Source: Octopus vulgaris (taxonomy: Eukaryota). Taken from it: a stretch of DNA of 64,000 bases. The stretch is taken from assembly GCA_951406725.2 (NCBI GenBank), contig OX597840.1, positions 21,328,001 through 21,392,000 on the forward strand, read 5' to 3'. Below are positions 13,435 to 26,599 of this stretch, piece after piece; the stretch's first letter is position 1, and every line of letters starts with the position of its first letter. A program made the position numbers and the translations under genes. Under the pieces are notes generated by a model, which saw only the letters and a program-made list of their open reading frames with translations, was not told the origin of the DNA and did not search any database.

Positions 13435-13641
13435 TGTGTGTATATAAAGAGAGGTGGGGCCTAGATTATCTTATTAAATTGGTGCTTATAATGTCGTCTA
13501 ATAGCACTGTTTAGATATTAATACATGTGTGTCTGTGTCTGTGTTCATGTTTGGGAGAGAGAAAGCCGGATTCTCTTCTATATATTAAATGGGTGCTTCT
13601 AATGTCTGATGGCAGTGTATATAGTCTTTCTCCATGATAGC

Positions 13642-13672
<31 letters not shown>

Positions 13673-14033
13673 AAATACTACACACACACACACACGGGGG
13701 GGGGGGGCAAGTAAATAAAATATAAATAGCAAGTCATGTCGTCGTCGGAGAGGGAGGGGAAGAAAATTGTGAAGTGGTGAGAGAAGTGAAGGATGAATGA
13801 TTGTATATGAGAGAGAGAGAGGGGGGAGAAAGAGAGAGAGGAAGATGGTTGGTGAAAAGCCAGAGAGAGAGAGAGGTGAAAGAGTAATTTTGATGTGCAG
13901 AGAGAGAGAGAGAGAGGGGGGGAGCGAAAGAATGAGAGAGTGAGAGAGAGAGACAGACAAGAGATTGTATGAGCTACAAGTGTAATAAATGCAGTCAACA
14001 GTCACACATTAACGATATACATATGCGTCTGTG

Positions 14034-14108
<75 letters not shown>

Positions 14109-14704
14109 GTATGTATATATATAAATGTATGTATGTGTGTGTGGGAGAAGGATGGCGAGGTAGACACTATGACCGACATGCTGTGTCGATTTAATAACTT
14201 TTGACTCAGCCAGAAGAAGACTTACAGTGCCACGAACCTCTCTTAACTCTCCCATACATATTACTATCACTTCAATTAATAAAATACTCGTGCATTACAA
14301 CGTAGGGCTATTACAACACAATTAAGCTCAGAGCCCCTCCCCCCTCGTCCTCCCGAATGAAATACCGCTTTCATGCCTCTCCCCTGCTTTATTGTCATCA
14401 TGGTGAGAGAGATATATTTCACTCGGGTACAATATAACGCTACTGTTGCTTACAATTCGCTCGATATGATGGAAATGGCAGCCGCCAAAACTTCCTCAAA
14501 TCATTTCCTGGATTGGAATTGCCCGTGTTCAGTCGACTGCAGGACGGAGGAGGCTTCGTCATGTTGATCTCCACCGACCATGGTCTCATGTGAAGGCCAT
14601 GAATTTCAGCTTGAGACCATAAACTGGTTTGATGAGACAGCTGTTTCCCACACCGGCTCGACATGGCAAAGGCAGAGCGATGCAGTTTTCTATACTAAAT
14701 ACCC

Positions 14705-14875
14705 AAAAAGTAGTTAAATCGATGGCATCAACCGCCCTGTGCTCAACTGACATATATTTTATCGACCCCGAAAGGATGAAAAGCAAAGTGGAAATGGGCG
14801 GAATTTGAACTCAGAACGTTGCGACAGACGAAATACCACGGAGCACTTAGTTAATAATTCCGCTAGCTCGGCGCT
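14705..14875 (-). mobile_element. SINE family C (tRNA head plus Deu/Nin-like domain)
   Basis: Reverse of GTTCTGAGTTCAAATTCCGCC...TTTCATCCTTTCGGGGTCGATAAA. Confidence 0.8.
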
Positions 14876-15957
14876 TAAATCATTCCTTATCGTCTTTAAA
14901 AAAAAATGTGTAACCCTTTTGAGACCCTTTTGTTCTTTGACAGAAACTTCCTGTTGTCAAATGATTTAAATTTTAACTTTTCACTAAAATTTCATGTTAA
15001 ACAAATAACTCGATCCTTTTTTTGACTCTTTTATGTGTTTCAGCCTGAAGGCTTTGGCAATGCTGGAGCACCGCCACTATCATCACATTTTGAATGGCCA
15101 TTTCTATCTGGTTGGCATTTAGTGAAAGAAGGAGTTTGATAATGAATAGCAAAATTATTTTAATAAATAGAAGCTATGTATTTCACCAGAAATATATTAA
15201 CAAAAGGGTTATGGACACAGCAGATAATGTAGTCCTAAATATACGCCTGGAAAAAAGATGGGACGGTCATGCTAGGAACGTCTTTGATCGTAGTCTTGTT
15301 AAATCATAAAAGGTGGACTGGCGTGGATTAACAATCAATGCCGGATATAATAAAATATGCACAGGTGTAAGTAGGGAACCTCTACATAGCCGTTCTACAA
15401 TTCGTTCAATATGCTAGAAATAGCAGCCAACACTCCCTCAAACCGTTACCTGGACTGGATTGAATAGGATTGCCCCATTTCAGGACGAAGGCTTCAGCAC
15501 GTTTCTCTCTACCAACGACGGTCTGACATGCAGGTCGTGAATTTGAGCTTAAGACACTGGTCTGATGGACCTACTCTGTCACACTGGCTGAACATGGCTG
15601 TGCAGAGGGATGCAATTTTTATACTATACACAACCAACCAGGAAACAAAGAGACAGACACAGGCCAAGGTGATCCTTCATATACTATACACGAGAGAAAA
15701 ACGAGGTGGCCATGGCTGTAATGCTTTGTATTACATGTCCGCTTGGCTGAGGCCCAATAAATCAAGAACCATGTTTGTTGCTTTCACCAAATAGCTCAAA
15801 GAAGAGACCCACTTCAACAGATCGTTGTCTACAGTTACCAAAATCTTAATTAATTGTATTGGCCTTACCGATCTTGCTTCATTTTAGACTTTAAAAAGAA
15901 ATCTCTACAGGGAGGTTTTTTTCTCTAATTGCAAGTTAATTAAAGTTTTTCAACTCA

Positions 15958-16114
15958 GGTGTAGGAGTGGCCGTGTGGTAAGTAGCTTGCTTACCAACCA
16001 CATGGTTCTGGGTTCAGTCCCACTGCGTGGCACCTTGGGCAAGTGTCTTCTACTATAGCCTCGGGCTGACCAAAGCCTTGCGAGTGGATTTGGTAGACGG
16101 AAACTGAAAGAAGC

Positions 16115-16179
<65 letters not shown>

Positions 16180-16380
16180 GTATATATATATGTTTGTCCC
16201 ACCAACATCGCTTGACAACTGATGGTGATGTGTTTACATCTCCGTAACCTTAGCGGTTTGGCTAAAGAGACGGATAGAATAAGTACAAGGCTTACAAAGA
16301 ATAAGTCCTGGGGTAGATTTGCTTGACTAAAGGCGGTGCTCCAGCATGGCCGCAGTCAAATGACTGAAACACGTAAAAGA
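15958..16380 (+). mobile_element. SINE family A, full length
   Basis: A/B boxes, internal (TA)n and complete tail. Confidence 0.92.
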
Positions 16381-16429
16381 ATCACTAAATTACACATGAA
16401 CATGGAAGACCAAGATCTGTAATGTTTAT

Positions 16430-16835
16430 TTGGTGTTAATGTATGGAAGTGAAGCATGGTCAACAACATCAGAAATGAGAAGGGGCTTGGAGAGCAGTGA
16501 GGCGTGGATGTTAACCCTTTCATTATTATTATACTGAGGACAGCTTGGATAAAGCGTCCGATGAAGAAGTGATGAGCTGGGCTGCAGTGAATAGGAAACT
16601 GCTTTGTGAGATTTCTAAGAAAGCAATTGAGATTTCCAAGTCACGTGATGAGGAAAGAGAGACTGGAGAATATATAGTGATGACCGGAAAGACTGAAGGG
16701 AAATGAAGCGGGGGAAGGAGAAGGATGATACACGATGCCAAGCATCACGGAACCGGTTGGAAGAAAAGAGGAGGCGTTAAACAGCAGGAAGAGGAAACGG
16801 TTAGAGAAAACAAAGGATGGAGAATTGTGGCAGGA
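16430..16835 (+). pseudogene. Degenerate RTE/BovB-like LINE ORF C-terminus
   Basis: Manual translation across frameshifts: VLMYGSEAWSTTSEMRRGLESSEAWM..SDEEVM..QLRFPSHVMRKERLENI..VMTGKTEGK*SGGRRR, matching the RTE YGxEAW, LRFxGHVMR and GKxEGKRxRGR motifs. Confidence 0.8.
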
Positions 16836-16911
16836 TGTGGCCACCTAGGTCCCTACATCCTGGACATGGCAGCCAGAAGATATTACTCATGTGAGATCCT
16901 AACATGTAGAT

Positions 16912-17290
16912 TCAGGCAGGAGTGTGTGAGCAAAAAGCTCACCTTGCAACCATGTGGTTGCAGGTTCAGTCCTCACTGTAGTTCTAAAAGGTACTTCCCA
17001 CCTTGGGGCAAGAATCTTCTACTGTAGCCCCAGGCCAACCAATTGTCTTGTGAGTGAATTTGGTAGATGGAAACTGTGTAGAAGCTTGCTATGTGTGTGT
17101 GTGTGTGAGTAATTTTGTCCCTATACCACCATTTGACGACTGGGGCTTTGTAACTTAGTGGTACAGCAAAAGACACCGATAGAACAAGTACCAGACTTGA
17201 AAATAAAGTATTAGGGTCGATTTGTGTGACTAAACCACTTGAGGCAGCGCTCCTGCATGGCCAGTAGCCTTACGACTGAAACAAGGAAAA
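16912..17290 (+). mobile_element. SINE family A, diverged
   Basis: Colinear homology to 15958-16380. Confidence 0.8.
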
Positions 17291-17844
17291 GATAACACAA
17301 GTAACAGAACAATAAATACACAATAAAAGTAGAAAGAGAGAGAGAGAGAGAAAGGAAAGGGCAAACACACAGACATTCACACACACACACACACACCAAT
17401 AATAAGACTATGTGTGCGTGTGTTTGGTGTTGTACTAAGGAAACTGTTGGAGTAGGAGGCTATCCTATGAACAAATAGGAAGTGAGAGGAGGAGGTCTTC
17501 GTCATGTTTTTGGCATTTTACTTTCTTTTTCCATTCTATTACTTGGTGCAGAAGATATTTCCGAAAATAAAGAGTTTGAATATTAAATTTCATTTGAACA
17601 GGAACACTATTATCTATGTTCTGAAGAGTCACCGGATTGCGGCCATACTGGAGCACGGCACTGCTTTGAAAGGGTTTGGTCAAATAAATCAATCCCTTAA
17701 CACTTAGCAGTTTGACAAAAGAACCTGATAGAAAAGCATAAGATTTTTATAAAAAAAAACAACTAACTTATGAGAACATAAACAAACCAACATCGGCTGT
17801 TAAGCGTTGGTGGTGAACAAAAACCAAAAAACACAATTATATAT

Positions 17845-18192
17845 CAGATCACCTCTTCCAATACTGCCTCTTGTCTCAAAGATTCCTTGTCTTGTAAAGG
17901 TTCTTGGTGACCCTGCCATTGCAGGTGCCACTTAAAAAGCACCCAGTCCACACTATGAAGTGGTTGGCATTTTGAAGGGCATCCAGCTGTAAAAACCATG
18001 CCAAAACTGACCATCCCCGTGCTGGTGCCATGCAAAAAGCACTCAGCCCATTCTGCAAAGTGGTTGGTGTTGGGAAGGGCATCCAGACATTAAAACCCTG
18101 CCAAAACAGACACAGAAGCATGGTGCTTGCTCCTGTCAAACCACCCAACCCATCCCAGCATGGAAGGAGGACGTTAAACGATGATGATGATG
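17845..18192 (+). mobile_element. Family B variant
   Basis: Two GGAAGGGCATCC modules and a GGACGTTAAACGATGATG tail. Confidence 0.8.
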
Positions 18193-18391
18193 ATACATAT
18201 AACACAATTGCCAAGGACTGCCCAAAGTGATGACATGTCATCATTGAGGGAACAGACCTGATGAAAATAACAGGCATCAAGTGGGGCAGACACAACTCAC
18301 ACTACCTTGCCCCCTCCCCAACTCTCTCCTGTGATAAATGCTCTGCCCCTCCCCCCCGGCTCTTCAATACTACCACCCTTGGTCTTCTATA

Positions 18392-18805
18392 CCTATTTCT
18401 TTACTACCCACAAGGGGCTAAAAACAGAGGGGACAAACAGACAAATGGATTAAGTCGATTCCATCGACCCCGGTGCGTAACTGGTACTTAATTTATCGAC
18501 CCCGAAAGGAAGAAAGGCAAAGTTGACCTCGGTGGAATTTGAACTCAGAACGTAACAACAGATGAAATACCTATTTCTTTACTATCCACAAGGGGCAAAA
18601 AACAAAAGAGACAAACAAGGACAAACAGATTATTAAGTCGATTATATTGACCCCGGTGCGTAACTGGTACTTATTTAATCGACCCCGAAAGGATGAAAGG
18701 CAAAGTTGACCTCGGCGGAATTTGAACTCAGAACGTAACGGCAGACGAAACACCACTAAGCATATCGCCCGGCATGCTAACGTTTCTGCCAGCTCCCTCC
18801 GCCTT
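18392..18805 (-). mobile_element. SINE family C with tandemly duplicated 3' half
   Basis: 18392-18570 repeats 18571-18750; head ends near 18805. Confidence 0.88.
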
Positions 18806-19469
18806 ACCACTTCAGACATCAGCACCTTTTGCAGAGTCTCAATCACTGGCTACAGATCAGATACTCAGACAGGAGTTAATGCCTTCAATGAAATTCTCAA
18901 AAGGCCCTGGCAGGGCAACAAGAGAGCCAACTTGTCCAAGGTGCCGAGCACAGATGCAATGAACCTGAAACCACGTGGTGGCAAAATAACCAACTGAACC
19001 AGACTAATTAAAACTAAATTAATTTCTTGCAGCATAACTTGAAAACTAACAAATAAATACCAGTGCACACGACTCAGGCTTCGAATGTAGTCAGTCAACT
19101 TAGCAGAGTATCACGAATCACACGCTTTGTCTTTAAAATGAAGAAAGGACATTGAATAATTCAGTCTGGGATAACGAGGAATAATTAACCTTGATCATCA
19201 GAAGCTTAGGAGGCGAAACAACAGCAGAAACCATAAAAACAGACACCAATGGACACCATTACTGCTCAGTCAACAATATATATACAACAGTATCAACCAG
19301 ACCATAAGATATTGTTATACACTGCCAGTCACAATGCACTTCCAATTCCGTTTTGATTGCACCATTTTTCCCCAACTTGACCTAAATAACTTAACTAAAT
19401 CACCTTGACATTGTTGTAGAGGTCTTCCAAATGGCCTTTTCCAGTACCATATATATATATATATATATA

Positions 19470-19785
19470 CCAGTGCCAGTGGCACGTAAGAGAACCATCC
19501 GAACGTGGCCGTTGCCAGCGCCGCCCCGACTGGCCTCCATGCCGGTGGCACGTAAAAAGCACCATCCGATCGTGACAGTTGCCAGCCTCGTCTGGCACCT
19601 GTGCAGGTGGCACATAAAAAGCACCCACTACACTCTCGGAGTGGTTGGCGTTAGGAAGGGCATCCAGCTGTAGAAATATTGCCAGATCAGAATGGGCCTG
19701 GTGCAGCCTCCTGGCTTCCCAGACCCCAGTTGAACCATCCAACCCATGCTAGCATGGAAAACGGACGTTAAACGATGATGATGAT
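19470..19785 (+). mobile_element. Family B with three internal repeat units, inserted in (TA)n
   Basis: GTGCCGGTGGCACGTAAAAAGCACC units plus tail; (TA)n on both sides. Confidence 0.88.
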
Positions 19786-20052
19786 ATATATATATATATC
19801 AAATAAAATTAAAAACAGAACACGAAGGATATCACGGTACACGTGTTTCAAGCTTTATAAACAATCTGTTCTTACATCAGTATATTATTGATATAAAAGA
19901 TGGTTTAAAGCATGCATACATATGTTAAAATAAAGATGGGAATTTATTTTTAATTCTACAGTTACAATTGTTTCATCACTACATGCAAAAGACATTTTAT
20001 GAAGCTAAATATTAATAATATGAATATAAAGAATTCATAATATAATAGGATT

Positions 20053-20682
20053 CTTTTACTTGTTTCAATCATGCTGGAGCACTGCCTTAAAGGGTTTTAG
20101 TCGAAGGAATCGACCCCAGGACTTATTGGTCTCTTCTGTCAAAAAGCTAAGTTACAGGGACATAAACACCAGCATCAGTTGTCAAGCGATGGTGGGAGAG
20201 ACAAACACAGAGACACACACATGACAGGCTTCTTTCAGTTTCCATCAACCAAATCCACTCGCAAGGCTTTGGTTGGACCGAGGCTAGAACAGAAGACACT
20301 TGCCCAAGGTGCCATGCAGTGGGACTGAACCTGGAACTATGTGGTTGGTAAACAAGCTTCTAACCACGCAGCCATGCCTGTGCATACACACATATCTGTA
20401 AGTGGCCGTTGCCAGCGCCGCCCCGTCTGGCCTCCATGTCGGTGGCACGTAAAAAGCACCATCCGATCGTAGCCGTTTGCCAGCCTCATCTGGCACCTGT
20501 GCAGGTGGCACATAAAAAGCACCCACTACACTCTCGGAGTGGTTGGCATTAGGAAGGACATCCAGCTGTAGAAACACTGCCAGATCAGACTGGGCCTGGC
20601 ACAGCCTTCTGGCTTCCCAGACCCCAGTTGAACCGTCCAGCCCATGCTAGCATGGAAAACGGACGTTAAACGATGATGTTGA

Positions 20683-20685
<3 letters not shown>
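20053..20685. mobile_element. SINE A (-, 20053-20380) back-to-back with family B (+, 20400-20685)
   Basis: Homology to other copies in the window. Confidence 0.85.
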
Positions 20686-20724
<39 letters not shown>

Positions 20725-21230
20725 TATTTTGTGAAATTTGATTTAGTATTTCTAAATTGAATTTTTCCCTGTAAGTTTGGAATAATATTCCCTCATATCA
20801 TATATATATAATTATTTACTACCCATGTGCAATTCATAAAAGTGATTCTCTCCTTAAAGATAAAACATCCACAAACATAAAATTGAAAGCCGGAAATTGT
20901 GGAAATACTTCTTAATGACACAGCTTGGTGTGTGTGTGTTATTGTGTGTGTGTGTTAGTGTGTGTGTGTGTGTTAGTGTGTGTGTGTTAGTGTGTAGACA
21001 TCATGTGATGGTTGCAAATAAACACCATTGCCATACAAGTGATGAGGTGGTCTCTTTTCAGAATTCTGTGAAAAACATGTATTACAGGGAAATATTACCT
21101 TGCTTGGGAACAAGAAGAGTGTTGGGGACAGAAAATGTATCCGGCTACAGAAGATCTTGTAAGAGCCATTCAAGTATAGGAAAGAGGATGTTGAAACAAT
21201 GATGTGTGTGTATATATATATATGTGTATA

Positions 21231-21544
21231 TATATAAGTTCAGCAAAATTTAGATTCAGATGAATATGGTACTTAAGTTGAAGGCACCAGAATTTGGTAT
21301 GGTTTTATCCATATAAATCAAATGGGGTGATTATAATCAAAATAAGCAACAAGTATGACCAAGGTAGAGTAGTACAATTGAAGTAGCATGAAACAATTGG
21401 ACTACACTACCTTGGATATCCTTGTTGCTAATTTTCATTATAATCTCCCCATTTGATTTATATGGATAATACCATACAAAATTCTGGTGCCTTTAACTTA
21501 AGTACCATATTCATCTGAATCTAAATTTTGATGAACTTATATAT
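21231..21544. mobile_element. Fold-back palindrome with the 3' half of a hammerhead at the centre
   Basis: ~150-bp inverted arms with a 13-nt spacer; centre GAAA CAATTG (T/G)A ctac; (TA)n flanks. Confidence 0.75.
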
Positions 21545-21547
21545 ATA

Positions 21548-21803
21548 TCATCATCGTTTAACGTCCGTTCTCCATGCTGGCATGGGTTGGACGGTTCGAC
21601 CGGGGATCTGGGAAGCCAGAAGGCTGCACCAGGTTCCGGTCTTATCTGGCAAAGTTTCTACAGCTGGATGCCCTTCCTAATGCCAACCACTCCGAGAGTG
21701 TAGTGGGTGCTTTTTATGTGCCACTGGCACTGGTGCCAGGCGAGGCTGGCATCGGCCACGGTCGGATTGGTGCATTTTACGTGCCACCTGCACGGAAGCC
21801 AGT
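21548..21803 (-). mobile_element. Family B
   Basis: Reverse homology to 19470-19785. Confidence 0.88.
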
Positions 21804-21810
21804 ATGTATG

Positions 21811-21848
<38 letters not shown>

Positions 21849-21897
21849 GTATATATATACAGTATATATATATATACAGTATATATATATATATACA

Positions 21898-21929
<32 letters not shown>

Positions 21930-22024
21930 GCTGTATATATATACAAACATACATATTGTTAAAGGTACAAAACCGTAATGATTTCTGGACGATAACTGAT
22001 GAAGCAGGAGTTATGTGCACATCT

Positions 22025-22865
22025 TATTCTTTTATTTGTTCCAGTTTTTAGGCCGTGCCCATACTGGGGCACTACCTTGAAAAATTTCAGTTGAATGAAT
22101 CAACTCCAGTTCTTTTACTTTTATAACCATGATGCTTATTTTATCAGACTCTTTTGCTAAACTGCTAAGTTACAGGGATGTAAACACACCAATACCGATT
22201 GCCAAATAGTGGTGGGGAACAAACACAAGACACATAGATATATACATAAACATATACACACACGACAGGCTTCTTTCAGTTTCTGTCAACTAAATCCATT
22301 CAAGGCTCTGGTCAGCCTGTGGCTATATTAGGTGCCACGCAGTGAGACTGTGCCACAACCATGTGATTGAGGAGCAAAGCTTTTTACCACACAGCCACGC
22401 CTATGCCTGAGCCACGCTCTGCTCTCGTAGGTTCTTTTGTGGTCCATCTATGTAATTTTTTTATCTATGTGACTGTGTGGTAAGAAACTAACTTCCCAAC
22501 TACATGGTTCTGGGTTCAGTCTCCCTGCATGGCACCTTCGGCAGGTATGTCTTCTGATATAGCCAAGGGGCATCCAAAGCCTTGTGAGTGGATTTGGTAG
22601 ATGGAAACTGAAAGCCTGTTGTGTGTGTATATGTATATACACACACACACACATACATGTATATATATTTATGTGTCTGTTTGTCCCCACCACCATCGTT
22701 TGACAACTGATGCTGGTGTGTTTATGTTCCTGTAACTTAGCAGTTCTGCAAAAGAGACTGATAGAATAAGTACTAGGCTTACAAAGGATAGGCCCTGGGT
22801 CGGTTTATTCTAATAAAAAAACCCTATAAGGTGGTGCTCCAGCATGGCCACGGCCAAATGGCTAG
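22025..22865. mobile_element. Head-to-head inverted pair of SINE A (22025-22405 -, 22466-22865 +)
   Basis: Both copies are colinear with the family A consensus. Confidence 0.85.
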
Positions 22866-23196
22866 AATGAATGAATGAATGCACGTATGTATGTATCCAC
22901 ACACACACTCCCACACACAACCACATTAATCACACAGTCACACACAAACACAATACAAGCGTGCACAATTAGACAAAGACACACACACACGTAACATATG
23001 TGTAGATGATTCGTCTGTGTATTTCGGGTCACACCCTAAAATAACAACGCGAACCAAATTAACAAACAGAACTGTTTCATGACATCGTAATAATGTAACG
23101 TGCTTAAGTAAGGCTAATTACGAAGGGGGGGGGGGGGGGAGCAAGAAAAAAAAAAAACTGCAACTTGTGTGTGTGTGTTTGGAGGAGTATTCAAAA

Positions 23197-23457
23197 CTAC
23201 AATGGAACTATTTCAGAAGGACCTAAACGGTAATGTGAATACAGTCTGGTTTGAATGAGATCACGTGCAACAGAGGCTATTCTAAAAATATGGTGGGAGG
23301 AAATGCTACCCGAGACCGTTACAAGATCTCCAAGACTGATTGATGGGTGGGGAGCAAAGTAGGAACCATTCGTCAGGATCGGATCGTACATCTGATGGGG
23401 ATTCACATAGTTTCCCATCAACCCCAATTCCTGTTGCAACACTGAATTCACATCCCC
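23197..23457 (-). CDS. Possible downstream exon of the minus-strand gene (GDVNSVLQQELGLMGNYVNPHQMYDP...)
   Basis: Unique, non-repeat 87-codon frame; CTGAC...cccacccacAG acceptor in phase 0, compatible with the 33702 donor. No recognisable domain and a weak pyrimidine tract. Confidence 0.22.
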   Translation of the reverse strand, partial: GDVNSVLQQELGLMGNYVNPHQMYDPILTNGSYFAPHPSISLGDLVTVSGSISSHHIFRIASVARDLIQTRLYSHYRLGPSEIVPL

Positions 23458-23530
23458 CTGTGGGTGGGTGGGTGGGTCTTGGGGGTCAGATAAATGATAC
23501 CTGGCGCAGATAGATACCTTACATTATTAA

Positions 23531-23730
23531 CCCTTTCGTTACCAACCTGGCCAAAACCGGCTCTGGTTCTGATAAGTTTTGAATTAAAATCTTCCACCAA
23601 ACCTTAGTCACAAATTATGTTCCTAACTCTAGCTGAATGATAACTAAGTTATTTTACTAAATTCTTTATTATATTTAAAGTAATTGAAAGAAACACAGAG
23701 CATCACAAAATAAATACAGTAACGAAAGGG
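23531..23730 (+). mobile_element. piggyBac-type MITE, family 1
   Basis: TTAA|CCCTTTCGTTAC ... GTAACGAAAGGG|TTAA. Confidence 0.92.
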
Positions 23731-24134
23731 TTAAGTGTATTTCCTAGTTCTCTTATGTTCTCAGTGTTCAGATAGCACCAAGGCCAACCTTGCCTTCCGT
23801 TCTTTCAAGAGTGATAAGACAGTATTGCTGTGACAACAGCAGAAAGATTGGCTGTTTTACCCTCTTTGCCAATATTTGTCTTTTATTTCGTATATTTTCA
23901 TTTGTTTTGCTCATTTTTACATTTTGGTGTTTTGCTGAGATTTTTCTTGAGAACACATTCTTCGTGGTAATGGCGATTTGACATCTATGTTCAGCATATT
24001 AGGTGTCCACTATAGTGGTCGTTCCTCTTAATTTTGTATGTAACACAATTTTTTTAATCTTCACATTCTTTAAATATGCTAAGCCACTGGTTTTAATTGA
24101 TTAATATCAATTTCTACCCTTATTATTTATCAAA

Positions 24135-25190
24135 GTCGAAATCAAACTCGGTGTCTGCCATCCGTTGCTAGTGGAGCGCTAAGAGTACCATACGAGTGAG
24201 ATCGTGCCAGAGCAGCAAGCTGGCCTTCGTGCCGGTGGCACGTTAAACACACCATTCAAGCAGGATTGTTACTTGCGTCGCTTTACTGGCACTTGTGCTG
24301 GTGGCACGTGAAACATTCGAGCGAGGTCGTCGCCAGTGCCGCTGGACTGGCTCCTGTGCAGGTGGCACATAAAAAGCACCATTTGGGTGTGGCCATTGTC
24401 ACTTCCACCAAACTGGCCCTCGTGCCGGTGGCATGTAAAAACACCCACTACACTCGGAGTGGTTGGTGTTAGGAAGGGCATCCAGCTGTAGAAACTCGGC
24501 CAAATCAGATTGGAGTCTGGTTCGCCAGACCTCAGTCAAATCATCCAACCCATGCTAGCATGGAAAGCAGACATTAAATGATGATGATGATGATTATGAT
24601 TATTTAATATACATATACATGTGCACAGACATACACACATGCATTCAGTATGTTATACAACCATGCAACACTCACAAGTTTCCTGGCAATCCACACGGAT
24701 TCAATTATCAACAGTTGTACTGCCATTCCACAGGTCATCAACCGTTGCAAGACAGAACAGTTGAACAGTGGCACAGAGATTACTTACAACCATCAACTGC
24801 AAGGTTTCATCGCTGTGGCTTGCCAGGGAGATCAGAAATCTGGAGTGAGTGTTGCTTCTTTGAACATTGGATTCAGCATCATCCACTCTTGACCATACTC
24901 AGATTTACTTCTGTTGCTACATCATCATCATCGTTTAACGTCCGTTCTCCATGCTAGCATGGGTTGGATGGTGCAACTGGGGTCTGGGAAGCCAGAAGGC
25001 TGCACCAGGCCCAGTCTGATCTGGCAATGTTTCTACGGCTGGATGCCCTTCCTAACGCCAACCACTCCATGAGTGTAGTGGGTGCTTTTTACGTGCCACT
25101 GGGACGGAGGCCAGCAAATGGCCACGATCGGATGGTGCTTTTTACATGCCACCGGCACGGAGGCCAGCCGAGGCTGGCTACGGCCACGAC
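24135..25190. mobile_element. Tail-to-tail family B pair (24135-24595 +, 24920-25190 -)
   Basis: The left copy extends into sequence homologous to 38515-38600 of the RTE 3' UTR. Confidence 0.85.
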
Positions 25191-25387
25191 ATACACGTGG
25201 TTAATTGCTAAACATCTTTTAGTTTTGGCCAAACGACGAACGGGAATGTTTTTGCATTGTTTTTGCAGTTTTATAAATAAAGCATATTTGCTCTCCCTCT
25301 TGTATTCGGGTATATTGCTCTCCCTCTTGTATTCGGGTACTGTTTTGTCCACCTTGTTTCATATTCATATGATACATTCATTCATTC

Positions 25388-25422
<35 letters not shown>

Positions 25423-25837
25423 TGTATATATATTTAAACATGTACACATAGAAGTATATATGCATGTCAATACATCTACACACAGATATATGTAGAGGTG
25501 CACATCTTATCCATACTGACATGCCTCTACCCCTACATATATTTACATGCATATATACATATATATTTATACACACACACACACACACATATATATACAT
25601 ACACATATATAACAATATACATATACATACATACACATATGTACATGTGTATATCTTTGTTTATTATATACACCTTCTGTTGCCATAGGTACCAGACGAA
25701 CCTAAAGGATGACAAGAAACGCAAACAAGAGAAGCAGCATCTAACTCCATCACATGGCCATTGAAAAGAGGATGATACTGGCACTGCTCCAGCATGGCCA
25801 CAGCCTTTAGGCTGAAATGCATAAAAATATATATACA

Positions 25838-26212
25838 GGTGTAGCTGTGTGGTAAGAAGCTTGCTTACCAACCACATGGTTCCAGTTCAGTCCCACTGCG
25901 AGTCACCTTGGGCAAGTGTCTTCTACTATAGCCTCGGACCAACCACAGCCTTGTGAGTAGATTTGATAGATGGAAACCGAAAGAAGCCCATCGTATATAT
26001 GTGTGTGTGTGTGTGTGTTTTTGTCCCTCCATCACCGCTCGACAACCAGTACCAATGTGTTTACATTCCCGTAACCCAGCGGCAAAAGAGACCAATATGA
26101 TAAATACTAGGCTTAAGAAATAAACTCTGGGTTTGATTTGCTTGACCAAAAAACACCCCATAGTGGTGCTCCAGCATGGCTGCAGTCAAATGACTGAAAC
26201 AAGTAAAAGAAT
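25838..26212 (+). mobile_element. SINE family A, full length
   Basis: A/B boxes, body and tail. Confidence 0.9.
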
Positions 26213-26599
26213 ATGTTTGTGGGCGTGCGGGTGTCCACATGTAGAATTTCTCTGGAATGAAGAAAAATGCCTTGCTGAGAAATTTGATAAGTGTTTGCGA
26301 CAGCAAGAGCAGCCGGCCATAAAAATTCTGCCTCAAGAATTTCCCCATCTAAGCCACGCTAGCATGAGTAACAAACTCTAGATGAGACAGAGTCGGATGA
26401 TAGAAATGGACAGTCATATATACATAGTCAAACATACATATACAAATATACACATATAGATATGTACATACATATAGACATAGACATATGTATGTACATG
26501 TGTGTGTGTGTATGTACTAATAAGTGGAAGTATTGAAGGCCAATCTCAAAACGCTGAGTCTCACAATGGATGACAGAAGACGAAGAAATGTGATGCCTT

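Noticed and set aside
24619-24957. Multi-frame ORFs and a possible 52-nt minus-strand exon with a GTAAGT donor
   Set aside because: No recognisable protein, frame-incompatible length, and the phase-0 reading hits a stop.
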